Virus record (IMG/VR): IMGVR_UViG_3300031519_000203
Span: 1 to 25,047 of that record
Direction: 5' to 3' (one strand)
Origin: a virus
Lineage: Duplodnaviria > Caudoviricetes
DNA: 25,047 nucleotides
Position 1 is the first letter of the stretch; each line of letters begins with the position of its first letter. The notes beneath the pieces were generated by a model. That model did not search any database. It was not told the origin of the DNA and was given only the letters and a program-made list of their open reading frames with translations. A program made the translations under genes and the position numbers. Shown one piece after another: positions 1 to 9,662 of the stretch.

Positions 1-3000
1 CTGTTAGATCTGAAACAATAGCACTTGCTAATGTTGTTTCTCCGGTTACTCCTAGTGTGCCGCCAACTGTTGCATTAGTAGTTACGCCAACACTTGCAAT
101 TGTTGCAGCGCCAGTTGTGATTGCATCAACTGTTGTGTTGCCAGTAACATCCAATGTGCCAGTAACATCCAATGTGCCTGTAACAACTGCATCGTCGTCA
201 ATTGTTGTAGTTCCGCCTACACTATTAAGTGTTAAGTTACCAGCACTTGTGTCAATTGTGTTGTCGTCGGTAACTGCAATCTGAACATTACCCGCTGCTA
301 CACCGTTTGATATATCTACAGTTTTTGCGTATAGTGTATTCCAACGTTGTGTATCTGTACCTAGGTTATAAGTTTCAGAAGCGTTTGGAATTAGATTACT
401 TTCAAAGTCTGCTGCAACAGTTACACTGTCTGTAGTTGCATCACCAATTGTGATGTTCCCGCCAAGTGTTAAGTTACCAGTAATATCAATATTACCTGCA
501 AGAATAGTGTCGCCTGTTACTGTTAGATCTTGTCCAACAGTTAGGTTGCCGCCTACTTCTGTGCTTGCATTTAAGTTGATTCCGTTTGTGCCTGCAGGAA
601 TTAGATTAATATCACCTTGAATACTTGAAATACTATTTCCTGATATTCTTAAATTTCCCGTTTGTAATTTAAACGGATCAACAATACTTAAATTTTCACC
701 ACTTACAAAATTAATACCAGTTAGCGTGGTAACATCAAATACGCCTCCTTGGAACGTAGTGTTGCCTGTTTGTTGGTCAACTGTAAAGTGTGCGCCAATT
801 CTAAAATCGCCTCTTTGGTCAACTGTTGAATAGTAAACTCTACCACCGTTTATTTCTGTAACTTCGTTTGCCTGAACTACTGCTGTGTCGTCGTTGTCTA
901 ATTTTTTACCAACACCAATGTAACCAAAGTTATGAGATACCATTCTCAAACTTGTATCTGGACCGTTGGCAATTATACCAAAGTTGCCATAGATATTTGC
1001 TGATGCAATTGAACGCATTTCTGCAGCAAACTCTTTTCTATTATAGCGTAAAATACTTGTAGCAGTTGCGCCAACTCCGCCTACAAATGTGATACTTTCT
1101 GGAGTATAATCAAATCCTTCTAGATCGTCGTTACGACCATTTTGTACAAGAGTAGTTCCGTTTTCAACTGCATCAACTGTCATTGTTACAACTGTTGAAC
1201 CGTCTGTAGATGTAAATGTTGCTAGGTCACCTGCTGTAATTGTTCCTACAACGCCGCCAAGTGTAATGCGTGTTTTGCCAGAGCCGCCACGGCCGACTGT
1301 ACCTGTAATACCCTTAATACCTTCATGTGCAAAATATGTAAAACTGTTTAACCATTCTACTCTTGCACCGTTGGTCATAATTAAACCAACTGAATTAGGA
1401 ACAATAAATGTAGCGCTATCAAACAACATTGCTGGTTGAATAGATCCAATATCAATACTTGCGCCGTCTACTAATGCACCGCGTCCTGCGTCGCCTGCAT
1501 CAAATCCGTACGGATCATCTAATCCGTTAGTTCCAAGTCTTACACTTGAACCAAAGTTAGCAACAGTAACATCTTTAATATATGCAGAACGAATAGTAAC
1601 ATTTGCTGTTGGCTTATATCTGAAAGCATAACCAGTGTCGTTGCCACTGTTGTATTCCATTTCACGGACAGTTAGACTTTCAATAACGACGCCGCCGTCA
1701 ATTCTAAATCCGTCTAAATCTCTTGTAGCAGCAGTTGGTTTAATCTGCGTAGCACGAACACCTTGACCTCTAACTGTAACACCTTCAGGAACATCTAGTG
1801 GAAATACTTCTTCAAAAGTTCCTGCACTTACAAATACAACATCACCGCCAGTTGCTTGCGTTAACGCATAATTAACTGATGCAAATGCATCGTTGGGTAG
1901 TGCGCCCGAATTATTATTGTTACCGTTTTGTGTAACATACCAAATATTGCCTTCTGGCATTGTAACATCAATGCCGTTAGCAAGTATTCTACCTGTGCCG
2001 CTTGCACTTAATTCTAAGTCTGAGTTTGAGTTAAGTGTACGAATTCTGTTGCCGTCTATTTCAATTTCATCAACAATAATACGTTGTGCATCAATTACAC
2101 TTGCTTCAAAACTAGTTTTACTACCGTCGTCTCCAAGAATTACAAGGCCGCCAGTGCCGTTGTCTTGCATTTTTAATCCACCTAAGTAGATTGTATTGCC
2201 GCTTACATATAAAGATCTCCAACGCTTTGCATCACTACCTAGATCATATACAGCATTGTCACTTGGAATCAAGTGACTTTCAAAATCTGCTGCAACTGTA
2301 ATACTATCTGTGTCTGCATCACCAATTGTAATGTTTCCACCTAATGTTAAGTTTCCAGTAATTTCTGCATCACCAGTTATAGTGAGCCTAGTACCATTAA
2401 ATGTTAAGTTAGCACTATCTTCGATAGCGCCAGCAGTACCGGCTAATACAACACGACTTGCTGTCAAGTCACTGATAGTAGCACTTGCAAGTGTTGACTC
2501 GCCTGTTACGTTAAGTGTTGTGCTTACATCAACTGCACCTGTTACAGCTAGGGTACTGCCATCAAATGCTAAGTTAGCACTATCTTCAACTGCGCCGTCT
2601 ACGCCAGCCAGTATAACTCTACCTGCTGTCAAGTCACTGATAGTAGCACTTGCAAGAGTTGATTCGCCTGTTACGTTAAGTGTTGTGCTTACATCAACTG
2701 CTCCTGTTACATCTAATGTAGTACCATCAAATGCTAAGTTAGCACTATCTTCAACTGCGCCGTCTACGCCGGCCAGTATAACTCTACCTGCTGTTAAATC
2801 ACTGATAGTAGCACTTGCAAGTGTTGATTCGCCAGTAACGCCTAATGTTGTACTTACATCAACTGCACCTGTTACATCAACTGTACCTGTTACAGCTAAT
2901 ATACTGCCATCAAATGCTAAGTTAGCACTATCTTCAACAGCTCCATCTACACCAGCCAATACAACACGACCAGCAGTTAAGTCACTGATAGTAGCACTTG

Positions 3001-4087
3001 CAAGAGTTGACTCGCCGGTAACGCCTAGTGTTGTACTTACATCAACTGCACCTGTTACATCAACTGCACCTGTTACAGCTAGGGTACTGCCATCAAATGT
3101 TAAGTTTGTGTTGTCTTCAACTGATCCGTTAGTACCAGCAAGTAATATACGACCTGAGGTTAGGTCACTAATTTCTAAACTTGGAATAACAGCATTACTT
3201 AAAAAGTCAATGTAGCCAGATCCTGCTGCCATTAATTCTAAATTGGCATTTGAATCAAATGTGCTTATCCTGTTACCATTAATTGTAATTTGACTTAGTG
3301 TTAGGTTACCATTTGGATCAATATTAAAGTTATCACCGATGTTAACTTCGCCGCCGCCAGTACCGATATTAGTTGCGCCAGACCCTGTTCCTAAGTTAAC
3401 TTCTCCTGATCCGGCTCCGATGTTAGTTGATCCGCCTTCACTTGATCCAATGTTAATATCGCCACCAGCGCCTGCGCCGATGCCTAAATTAATTCCAGGA
3501 GCAGTAGTAATATCTCCACTTCCGCCTCCGCCTACAATAACATCACCAAACTGTCCGCCGTTTGCAGACGATGTGCCAAGTGTTCCTGTATATAAAGCAC
3601 CTTTAATGTATATTCTTTTACTAGCAGTAAGTCCGCTTGGTAAGTTATCGCCAATAAAGTTTAATGTACCTGATGCATAGTCAAAGAACCATTCGTCGTT
3701 ATTTCCTGAACCAGCTGCAAAGATTTTTGTACCTGTTGTTGCAGGAGCAGCAGCGCCTGCATTATCAATATATACGCTAATTTGATATGTGGAACCAAAC
3801 TGTGGAGGTATCCAATTTTGGTATCCAGAAAGCCATGTTCTGCGCGGCGTTGCAGTAGTATCTTCAGTTGCTTCAACAGTATTTAAGGTTACTACTGTTG
3901 TACTTACTGCTGGTATTGTTAACGTAATACTTGCTGAGTCACCCCAAACTTGGTCACCTCTTAAAAGTAAGCCGCTTGGTATACTTTCGTTAACAGCACT
4001 TTTAATACTGTTAATATCTGTTTTAGTAACACCGTAACCTACTTTTTTCCAAAGCCAGTCAATTTTTTGTATGTCGCTTATCGCCAT
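1..4087 (-). CDS. Large virion structural / tail-fibre-like protein (>1360 aa, runs off the left end) with tandem shaft repeats and a central pectin-lyase-like beta-helix domain
   Basis: ATG at 4087 (MAISDIQKIDWLWKKVGYG...). The frame is consistent at spot checks to position 2 (...TLGVTGETTLASAIVSDLT); absence from the ORF track fits no stop in the window. Contains WYVTQNGNNNNSG...GDVVFVSAGTFEEVFPLDVPEGVTVRG (beta-helix N-cap-like), Gly/Thr/Val-rich repeats and LIP-x4-YDLG-x4-WRSLY motifs. Confidence 0.8.
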   Translation of the reverse strand, partial: MAISDIQKIDWLWKKVGYGVTKTDINSIKSAVNESIPSGLLLRGDQVWGDSASITLTIPAVSTTVVTLNTVEATEDTTATPRRTWLSGYQNWIPPQFGSTYQISVYIDNAGAAAPATTGTKIFAAGSGNNDEWFFDYASGTLNFIGDNLPSGLTASKRIYIKGALYTGTLGTSSANGGQFGDVIVGGGGSGDITTAPGINLGIGAGAGGDINIGSSEGGSTNIGAGSGEVNLGTGSGATNIGTGGGEVNIGDNFNIDPNGNLTLSQITINGNRISTFDSNANLELMAAGSGYIDFLSNAVIPSLEISDLTSGRILLAGTNGSVEDNTNLTFDGSTLAVTGAVDVTGAVDVSTTLGVTGESTLASATISDLTAGRVVLAGVDGAVEDSANLAFDGSILAVTGTVDVTGAVDVSTTLGVTGESTLASATISDLTAGRVILAGVDGAVEDSANLAFDGTTLDVTGAVDVSTTLNVTGESTLASATISDLTAGRVILAGVDGAVEDSANLAFDGSTLAVTGAVDVSTTLNVTGESTLASATISDLTASRVVLAGTAGAIEDSANLTFNGTRLTITGDAEITGNLTLGGNITIGDADTDSITVAADFESHLIPSDNAVYDLGSDAKRWRSLYVSGNTIYLGGLKMQDNGTGGLVILGDDGSKTSFEASVIDAQRIIVDEIEIDGNRIRTLNSNSDLELSASGTGRILANGIDVTMPEGNIWYVTQNGNNNNSGALPNDAFASVNYALTQATGGDVVFVSAGTFEEVFPLDVPEGVTVRGQGVRATQIKPTAATRDLDGFRIDGGVVIESLTVREMEYNSGNDTGYAFRYKPTANVTIRSAYIKDVTVANFGSSVRLGTNGLDDPYGFDAGDAGRGALVDGASIDIGSIQPAMLFDSATFIVPNSVGLIMTNGARVEWLNSFTYFAHEGIKGITGTVGRGGSGKTRITLGGVVGTITAGDLATFTSTDGSTVVTMTVDAVENGTTLVQNGRNDDLEGFDYTPESITFVGGVGATATSILRYNRKEFAAEMRSIASANIYGNFGIIANGPDTSLRMVSHNFGYIGVGKKLDNDDTAVVQANEVTEINGGRVYYSTVDQRGDFRIGAHFTVDQQTGNTTFQGGVFDVTTLTGINFVSGENLSIVDPFKLQTGNLRISGNSISSIQGDINLIPAGTNGINLNASTEVGGNLTVGQDLTVTGDTILAGNIDITGNLTLGGNITIGDATTDSVTVAADFESNLIPNASETYNLGTDTQRWNTLYAKTVDISNGVAAGNVQIAVTDDNTIDTSAGNLTLNSVGGTTTIDDDAVVTGTLDVTGTLDVTGNTTVDAITTGAATIASVGVTTNATVGGTLGVTGETTLASAIVSDLT
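2370..3170 (-). repeat. About 5 in-frame tandem repeats of 165/183 nt (55/61 aa) inside the fibre gene
   Basis: Anchor aagtt(agcactatcttc) recurs at 2406, 2571, 2736, 2919 and 3102 (spacing 165,165,183,183). Unit is approximately GAVEDSANLAFDGSTLxVTGAVDVSTTLxVTGESTLASATISDLTAGRVILAGVD. Confidence 0.9.
3334..3490 (-). repeat. Short Gly-rich 9-10 aa repeats (xNIGxGxGx) in the fibre gene
   Basis: ccgatgtt-like anchors at 3336, 3363, 3390, 3417, 3447, 3477 (27-30 nt period). Confidence 0.7.
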
Positions 4088-4099
4088 TTAATTATAACC

Positions 4100-7000
4100 T
4101 TAAGATATCGAAAGAGCCGTAATGCTCTGACCTGCTGTTAATGCTATTCTAACTAGTGCTACATTGTTAGTAGCGTTTGTTAAATTCTCTGTTCCAAGTG
4201 TCATTGTGTATGAGCCGCTCAATGCTACTGCTGGAACTATTCTTTCGCCTGTTGTGGTAGCACAGCCGTCACTGCCGTTGCCGCCACTTCCTGTATTTGC
4301 GCCCGGGACGCCTGATCCGTTATAAACTGCTGAACAATTTAACCAACCATTTAGTGTACTTGCCGCATCAATTGCTGTTCCTGGTGCTGCAATCCATACG
4401 CCCGATACGCCTGTTGAACTTGTAATATTAATATTGAGGTTCGCAACAACTTGTCTACGAAACGCAAATGTAAAATATTGTGTACCTGTATCTGCGCTTC
4501 TGTTTGGTCCTGCTGGTAAAAAGTTACTAAAATCATCTGTACTATGTTTTAATATACCTAGTCTAAGTGTTGCTTCTTTAGTACCGGTAACGCCAGGATC
4601 AGCTGCTTCTGTATACACGTTATTTGTATAAAAATTAAGCGTGTTATTGTAAACTGGAGTATTAGTTGTTTCAGCTGCAAAATTAAATATTCTTTTGCCG
4701 TCATCTGTATAAGTGCCGTTTCCTAGTGCATCTGCAACTACAATTGCAATTTCACTAATTCCGCCCTGTGCTGCACTGTGTACTTGTACTGCTTCGCTCA
4801 TTGTTACGTAGCTACTAGATCCGTTTGCGTTTCTAACTCTATAACGTAACTGTTCAACAGTTCTTACATTAGTAGCATTAATGCTAACAGTTAAGTCTCC
4901 AAATGCGTAAGGTGATCCGTTACCAGTATTAGCATTAGGAATTCCACCTGTTAAGAAGCTGCTTGTTCCGTCAACTTGTGCATATGTATAGTTTTGTTCG
5001 TTAATTGCATTAGCAGTTGTTCCTTCTAGGTTAGCTGCACTTGTAACTTCGATTATGTCACTAACGTCTGCGTATGTTTGTCCGATAAAGCTATCAGCAG
5101 TTGCACCACTTAATGTAAGAGTAGCGCCTGTATTATAATAAGGTACGCCGCTTATATAACGCAGTGTTCCTGCATTTGCTTGTGCTAGTGTGCCGCCTAT
5201 AGCAACTGGTACAGAATTAACATCGTCTTTTACAAACTCAATAGTGTTTGTATCACCTGTTACACTGTGGCTCAACTGGAATGAGTTAACTCCTGGAGTT
5301 ACTGTTGTAGCACTTTTACTAATTTTTGCAGTAAAGCCTGTGTATAGCGCTGGGTGGTAGATACTTTGTGCAAAAGATACACCGCTGCCAGTTGCATTAA
5401 ATAAATTGTAGTCACTTTCTGAAACAATATTTAAACTATTAGTTATTCCTGCATTACTGCCTGCGCCTAATACAACTGCGCCATCTGCAACTCCGTTAAC
5501 TAATGCAGACAATGTTCCTGCATCGGCATCGTATGCTAATGTTGTTACTGTTGTTTCAATGTTTCCTGATACTGCATCAACTCTACTTACTGATGTTCCG
5601 GGTGTTAATGTAGTAGCACCGGATACATCTGTAAATCCTGCTGCTAATTTTGGACTTGTGCCATCGGTGCCGGTAATACTAATTGTTTTTGTGCTTAACC
5701 CATTAGGAGTAGCAATGTTAGGATTATATACCTTTAATGTGTCAGTAACACTTATTGGAAATAGTTCTGGTGTTGCAGTGGTGTGAGATACTAATGTTAG
5801 TGTTAATGTGTCACTGCCTGTACTTGTATTAGTACTTGCACCCCATGTGTGTTGCAATCTTGCTCCGCTAACACCGCCATTTGCTGTGTCGTCGGCAATG
5901 TTGTCTAATGCAGTTCCGTCACCCCAGTTCATTGTATAGGTTACGTCTGCCATCAGTGTATTAGTTGTAATGTTTTCTAAATATAAACTATTGCCTTCAA
6001 TAACATATTTGTTATTTCCGGTAATTGCGCTGCCTCCTGATGCTGCTGTGTAAAGACCAAAAGCTACTGCTGGATCTGCTGTGTAGATAATAATGTAATC
6101 TGTATTAGTTACAAGTGCTTCGCTTCCATAACCAGTGCCGGTGTTGTTGTATGCTCTAACTTCAACAGTGTACGGCGAGTTAGTATTGCTTGTATATGTG
6201 TGACTTGGAGTATTGTCTGTAGTGCCGTTAGTGACACTTCCATCGCCCCAATCAATATCGTAACGATTAGGATTGCCGTCAATTGTTAAATTAAGTGTAA
6301 CTGTTGTTCCTTCACCACCTGCATTTGGTGTTCCAACAAAACTAACACTACGAACAAATGTGTTGTTGCGAATATTAAGCATAGTTTCGTTAAGTTGATC
6401 AATTGCTTCTGAAATATACCCTGTTGGATTTACTGATGTGTATGCACCGTCAGTGTACACTCCATCTGACGGGGTACCTAATATAATAGCGTCGCCTATT
6501 AAGCTGTTTACTGTGTTAGAAATATTACTATCAACATATGCTTTAATACTTTGTTGTGTTGCTAGTGCATTATCTCTGTTGCTTACTAATGTATCTTCAT
6601 CTAGAATGTCTGTAATTGTTGTTGTAAATCCAACTTGTAATTCAGATGCTCTTAATGTTCCTACAACATCAACTATGCCAGTACCAGCAGCACTTAGTTC
6701 TAAATTACTATTGCTTACTGTTGTACTAATTCTATTGCCGTTTAAATTTAAATCATCATCTACAGTTATGTTTCCTGCACGTAACGAAGATTCAAGAACA
6801 ATTTCCCCTGTACCAGCTGCACTAATAAACAAATTGCTGTTTGTTACAGTAGTAGCAATTCTATCTCCAGATAGCGTTAAATTATCATCAATGTTTGCGC
6901 CCGAAGCTTCTACAAATCCACCAAGTTCGCCAACAATTTTTCCTCCAGAAAGAACTTGTAGTTTTCCGTCGCCACTATCTTTTAATTGAAGATCGCCTAA

Positions 7001-7531
7001 GTTAATAGTTTGTCCACTAATATATAGCGAGCGCCATTTTTTAGTTGTACTACCTAAATCATATGTTACATCAGCATCTGGAATAAGATGACTTGCAATT
7101 TCTGCGTTGAACACAACGTTGTCTTGCGCAATATCGTCACCAAATGTAATCGAGCCGCCATCAGCAGTGATGTTTCCTGTTGCGTGAATATTACCAGTAA
7201 CTTCTAAGTCGCCTGTTAAATTAGTATTACCTGTTAATGTAATAAAGTCGGTAACAGTTGCTGGCGTAATTTCTATATCGCCGACAGTGGTTGTAATGGT
7301 ATTGTTATTTAATAATAGATCGTCAACTGTAAGAGATCCAACTCTTAATTCAGTTCCGTTGATCGTGCCCGTTACGTCAAGTGCATAACCTGGAGTTGCG
7401 TTGTTGACTCCAACAAATCGTGTTCCTGTGCCAACTTTGAGGTATAATAGATCATTGTCAATTGCTAGGTCATCGTCACGTAAGAGATTGCTCTTAAGTA
7501 ATTGACCTGATATTCTTCCTACGTTGGCCAC
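4100..7531 (-). CDS. Large virion structural protein (1143 aa) with N-terminal fibre-like repeats and two PKD/Ig-like domains
   Basis: GTG start with GAGGAG SD. YDIDWGDG...HTY and YTMNWGDG...HTW are PKD signatures. Thr/Gly/Ser-rich. Shares the LIPxxxxTYDLGS...WRSLY motif with the neighbouring fibre gene. Confidence 0.75.
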   Translation of the reverse strand: MANVGRISGQLLKSNLLRDDDLAIDNDLLYLKVGTGTRFVGVNNATPGYALDVTGTINGTELRVGSLTVDDLLLNNNTITTTVGDIEITPATVTDFITLTGNTNLTGDLEVTGNIHATGNITADGGSITFGDDIAQDNVVFNAEIASHLIPDADVTYDLGSTTKKWRSLYISGQTINLGDLQLKDSGDGKLQVLSGGKIVGELGGFVEASGANIDDNLTLSGDRIATTVTNSNLFISAAGTGEIVLESSLRAGNITVDDDLNLNGNRISTTVSNSNLELSAAGTGIVDVVGTLRASELQVGFTTTITDILDEDTLVSNRDNALATQQSIKAYVDSNISNTVNSLIGDAIILGTPSDGVYTDGAYTSVNPTGYISEAIDQLNETMLNIRNNTFVRSVSFVGTPNAGGEGTTVTLNLTIDGNPNRYDIDWGDGSVTNGTTDNTPSHTYTSNTNSPYTVEVRAYNNTGTGYGSEALVTNTDYIIIYTADPAVAFGLYTAASGGSAITGNNKYVIEGNSLYLENITTNTLMADVTYTMNWGDGTALDNIADDTANGGVSGARLQHTWGASTNTSTGSDTLTLTLVSHTTATPELFPISVTDTLKVYNPNIATPNGLSTKTISITGTDGTSPKLAAGFTDVSGATTLTPGTSVSRVDAVSGNIETTVTTLAYDADAGTLSALVNGVADGAVVLGAGSNAGITNSLNIVSESDYNLFNATGSGVSFAQSIYHPALYTGFTAKISKSATTVTPGVNSFQLSHSVTGDTNTIEFVKDDVNSVPVAIGGTLAQANAGTLRYISGVPYYNTGATLTLSGATADSFIGQTYADVSDIIEVTSAANLEGTTANAINEQNYTYAQVDGTSSFLTGGIPNANTGNGSPYAFGDLTVSINATNVRTVEQLRYRVRNANGSSSYVTMSEAVQVHSAAQGGISEIAIVVADALGNGTYTDDGKRIFNFAAETTNTPVYNNTLNFYTNNVYTEAADPGVTGTKEATLRLGILKHSTDDFSNFLPAGPNRSADTGTQYFTFAFRRQVVANLNINITSSTGVSGVWIAAPGTAIDAASTLNGWLNCSAVYNGSGVPGANTGSGGNGSDGCATTTGERIVPAVALSGSYTMTLGTENLTNATNNVALVRIALTAGQSITALSIS

Positions 7532-7650
7532 ATCAGCTCCTCAAAGTTCGGCGATCCTGTCGCTCCAACCACTTTTTCATCTGCTTTTACAGTTCTTTGC
7601 GGGTTGACCACAGTTTAATATTCCAACAGGCCAATCTGTTGTAACAATAG
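7532..7650 (-). promoter_or_regulatory. Structured 5' leader (candidate cis-regulatory RNA) of the 1143-aa gene
   Basis: About 115 nt between ATAAATA and GTG, with stems CAACAG/CTGTTG (7624-7641), TCAACC/GGTTGG (7602-7607/7565-7570) and GCGA/TCGC (7551-7563). Confidence 0.45.
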
Positions 7651-7657
7651 TATTTAT
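7651..7657 (-). promoter_or_regulatory. T4-type late promoter box ATAAATA
   Basis: tatttat on +, just after a terminator and upstream of a structural gene; matches the gp55-dependent TATAAATA core. Confidence 0.7.
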
Positions 7658-7660
7658 CAG

Positions 7661-7698
7661 ATCAAAAAAATAAGGGCCTGTTAGCCCTTATTTTTGAT
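7661..7698 (-). terminator. Rho-independent terminator (symmetric, possibly bidirectional)
   Basis: aaaaataagggc-ctgtta-gcccttattttt inverted repeat with A/T tracts on both sides, downstream of 7745..8272. Confidence 0.85.
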
Positions 7699-7744
7699 TC
7701 ACTTAAAACCTTGTGTTAAATACTGTTAAACGCTGGTTTTGCAG

Positions 7745-8272
7745 TTATTTGTCGAAATTATGTATCACTGTTATATCTTTTCCGGTCGGTGGAGGCGTAC
7801 CAAAATCTAGATACCAACCCACATCTTTACCTACTGGATTCTGTATTAGTACATAGTTTGTTGTTGGAACTTGATAAACGTTTTCTATATAAACAAGTAT
7901 ACTTGTAGGGTTGTTAGCAAAACTTAATGGATTTTCTACATCTTGATTGTCTAGAGGACCAAATATAGTTTCAATATCGTCGGCTCCATTAAACGTTTGT
8001 TGTATAATCGGAGTAGCAGTGCCCATACGAATTTTTTTCCAGTCGCCGTCTTGATAAAATTCTAACTTTCCATTTATTGGATTGCCTGGGGCAGATTCAA
8101 TAAGGTAACGCATCATACCTTCTTCGGCCACTAACGGTCTACTATTAATATCACCAACTGGTACTTTAATACTTTTTGGCGTATCAATTACTACTTCGTC
8201 ATTATGCTTTAATATAATGCCGCGTCCTTGTATATTTTTTATGTTAGTAGTTTGTTTTCTGTAGAATTTCAT
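7745..8272 (-). CDS. Hypothetical virion protein (175 aa)
   Basis: ORF track; in the structural operon; VPVGDINSRP...EGMMRY...LEFY motif of the kind seen in T4-like fibre/structural proteins. Confidence 0.7.
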   Translation of the reverse strand: MKFYRKQTTNIKNIQGRGIILKHNDEVVIDTPKSIKVPVGDINSRPLVAEEGMMRYLIESAPGNPINGKLEFYQDGDWKKIRMGTATPIIQQTFNGADDIETIFGPLDNQDVENPLSFANNPTSILVYIENVYQVPTTNYVLIQNPVGKDVGWYLDFGTPPPTGKDITVIHNFDK

Positions 8273-8273
8273 A

Positions 8274-8618
8274 TTAAATATCCACGTAACTAATTGTTGC
8301 TGATAGATTAGCAGGTGTAGCGCCCTTTAACACAAAACTATCACCTGCGTCTAACACAAGTTTTTCTGTATCCATTACAAATGTCTCGCCTGCTGTAATA
8401 GGCAATACATTAATAACCATATTTGTGTTAGTAATATCACCTACGCCGCCATTACTAACAATATGCACTGTAAGTGTTGTTGCTCCCGCAGTATCGTCGT
8501 TTACATCAGGCGCAGCAGTATTAACTACCATCATTGTAGTAATAACGTAAGTCTTACCAACTGGAACAGTGAGAATTGATGCTGCGGTGTTTTGTATATC
8601 TAAATTTGCTATTGCCAT
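8274..8618 (-). CDS. Small beta-rich hypothetical virion protein (114 aa)
   Basis: ORF track; AAGGA SD; tightly coupled to neighbours; EKLVLDAGD...ATISYVDI C-terminus. Confidence 0.7.
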   Translation of the reverse strand: MAIANLDIQNTAASILTVPVGKTYVITTMMVVNTAAPDVNDDTAGATTLTVHIVSNGGVGDITNTNMVINVLPITAGETFVMDTEKLVLDAGDSFVLKGATPANLSATISYVDI

Positions 8619-8629
8619 TTACTGTTTCC

Positions 8630-9619
8630 TTAAAATATTAATGCATATAATACAGCAGTGCGTCTACTTGCTAGCTCGCCTGATTTATTTGCATTAGTGA
8701 ATTGTATTCCTGTATCTTTTGTAGTTGTACTATCGTGGTATACAATAGTGCCAGTAACAGGTGCTGCAGGTGCAACGCCGTTTGTGTCACTATCTAAATG
8801 CAGTATATCTGCAATTTTAATACTGCCGCCTCCTAGTGCAACTAAATTTAAATCGTCTCCGCTATTAGAAGTACTAATAGTAGTGCCTGATATAGTTAAA
8901 TCGTATACTGTTGCAGAAGAATTTCCAACAATTACTCTGTTAAATCCGTCTGTTTGTATTCTAACAATACTGTCTACTCCAGTAATGTCAAAATCTTCAG
9001 CAGCTACTAATGTATCTAATTGTTTTATCGATGTTGGTGGATTTGAACCTGTAAATGAAGTTACATAATCTGTAACCCATTTACTATTAGGAATATCATC
9101 ATCAGTAATTACATAAGTTTCGTAATTAGCAGCAGCAGCTCTTAAAGGATTACTACCAGCATCAAACATTAGCGGGCCGCCGCCGGTATCAATACTGTTT
9201 GTTTGTATTCCTGCAATAGTTTCTGCGCCGTTACTGTCGACTATTTTAAAACTAAATGCTCCAAGACCTTGTGTAGCAGTAATTGGATCTTCATACGGTG
9301 CATTTTCATCAAATACTAATCTTGCATTTGGAAGACTACCGCGGACAATTTCAATACCTGATTGCGGAGGAACTCCTACGCCACCGGTGATGCCTGCACC
9401 TGTTTCGCCTACGTTTAGTCTAGCAATTCTATCTTCAATTTCTAAATCAGCAACGTTAGCATTAGTTGTATCTCCAAGGATAATGTTATCCCCTTCAACT
9501 ACTAAATTGCCGCTAATGATTACTCGTCCAGAAGAGTTTCCAGTATAAAGTAGAATGTCACCGCCTGGTTGGACAGCAATTCTATAGTCTCCGGTAGGTA
9601 TATCAAGTATTCTGCTCAT
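8630..9619 (-). CDS. Virion structural protein (329 aa), fibre/neck-appendage-like
   Basis: ORF track; ISGNLVVEG...LEIEDRIARLN...SGIEIVRG and IPNSKWV motifs typical of T4-like fibre-associated proteins. Confidence 0.65.
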   Translation of the reverse strand: MSRILDIPTGDYRIAVQPGGDILLYTGNSSGRVIISGNLVVEGDNIILGDTTNANVADLEIEDRIARLNVGETGAGITGGVGVPPQSGIEIVRGSLPNARLVFDENAPYEDPITATQGLGAFSFKIVDSNGAETIAGIQTNSIDTGGGPLMFDAGSNPLRAAAANYETYVITDDDIPNSKWVTDYVTSFTGSNPPTSIKQLDTLVAAEDFDITGVDSIVRIQTDGFNRVIVGNSSATVYDLTISGTTISTSNSGDDLNLVALGGGSIKIADILHLDSDTNGVAPAAPVTGTIVYHDSTTTKDTGIQFTNANKSGELASRRTAVLYALIF

Positions 9620-9635
9620 AAATTTTTCCTAAATT

Positions 9636-9656
9636 GAGGGGACTATTAATCCCCTC
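9636..9656 (-). terminator. Intergenic hairpin (weak terminator or mRNA-stabilising stem)
   Basis: gagggga-ctattaa-tcccctc 7-bp stem; poor U-tract on the minus strand. Confidence 0.45.
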
Positions 9657-9662
9657 TCTAAC

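Noticed and set aside
2370-3170. CRISPR-like or DGR-like reading of the repeats (also 17290-17630)
   Set aside because: Repeats are in-frame, contiguous and protein-coding with synonymous differences; no unique spacers, adenine-specific variation, cas or RT gene.
7716-7723. Plus-strand TTAAATAC box that could drive antisense RNA to 7745..8272
   Set aside because: Short AT-rich motif expected by chance; no downstream gene or terminator supports it.
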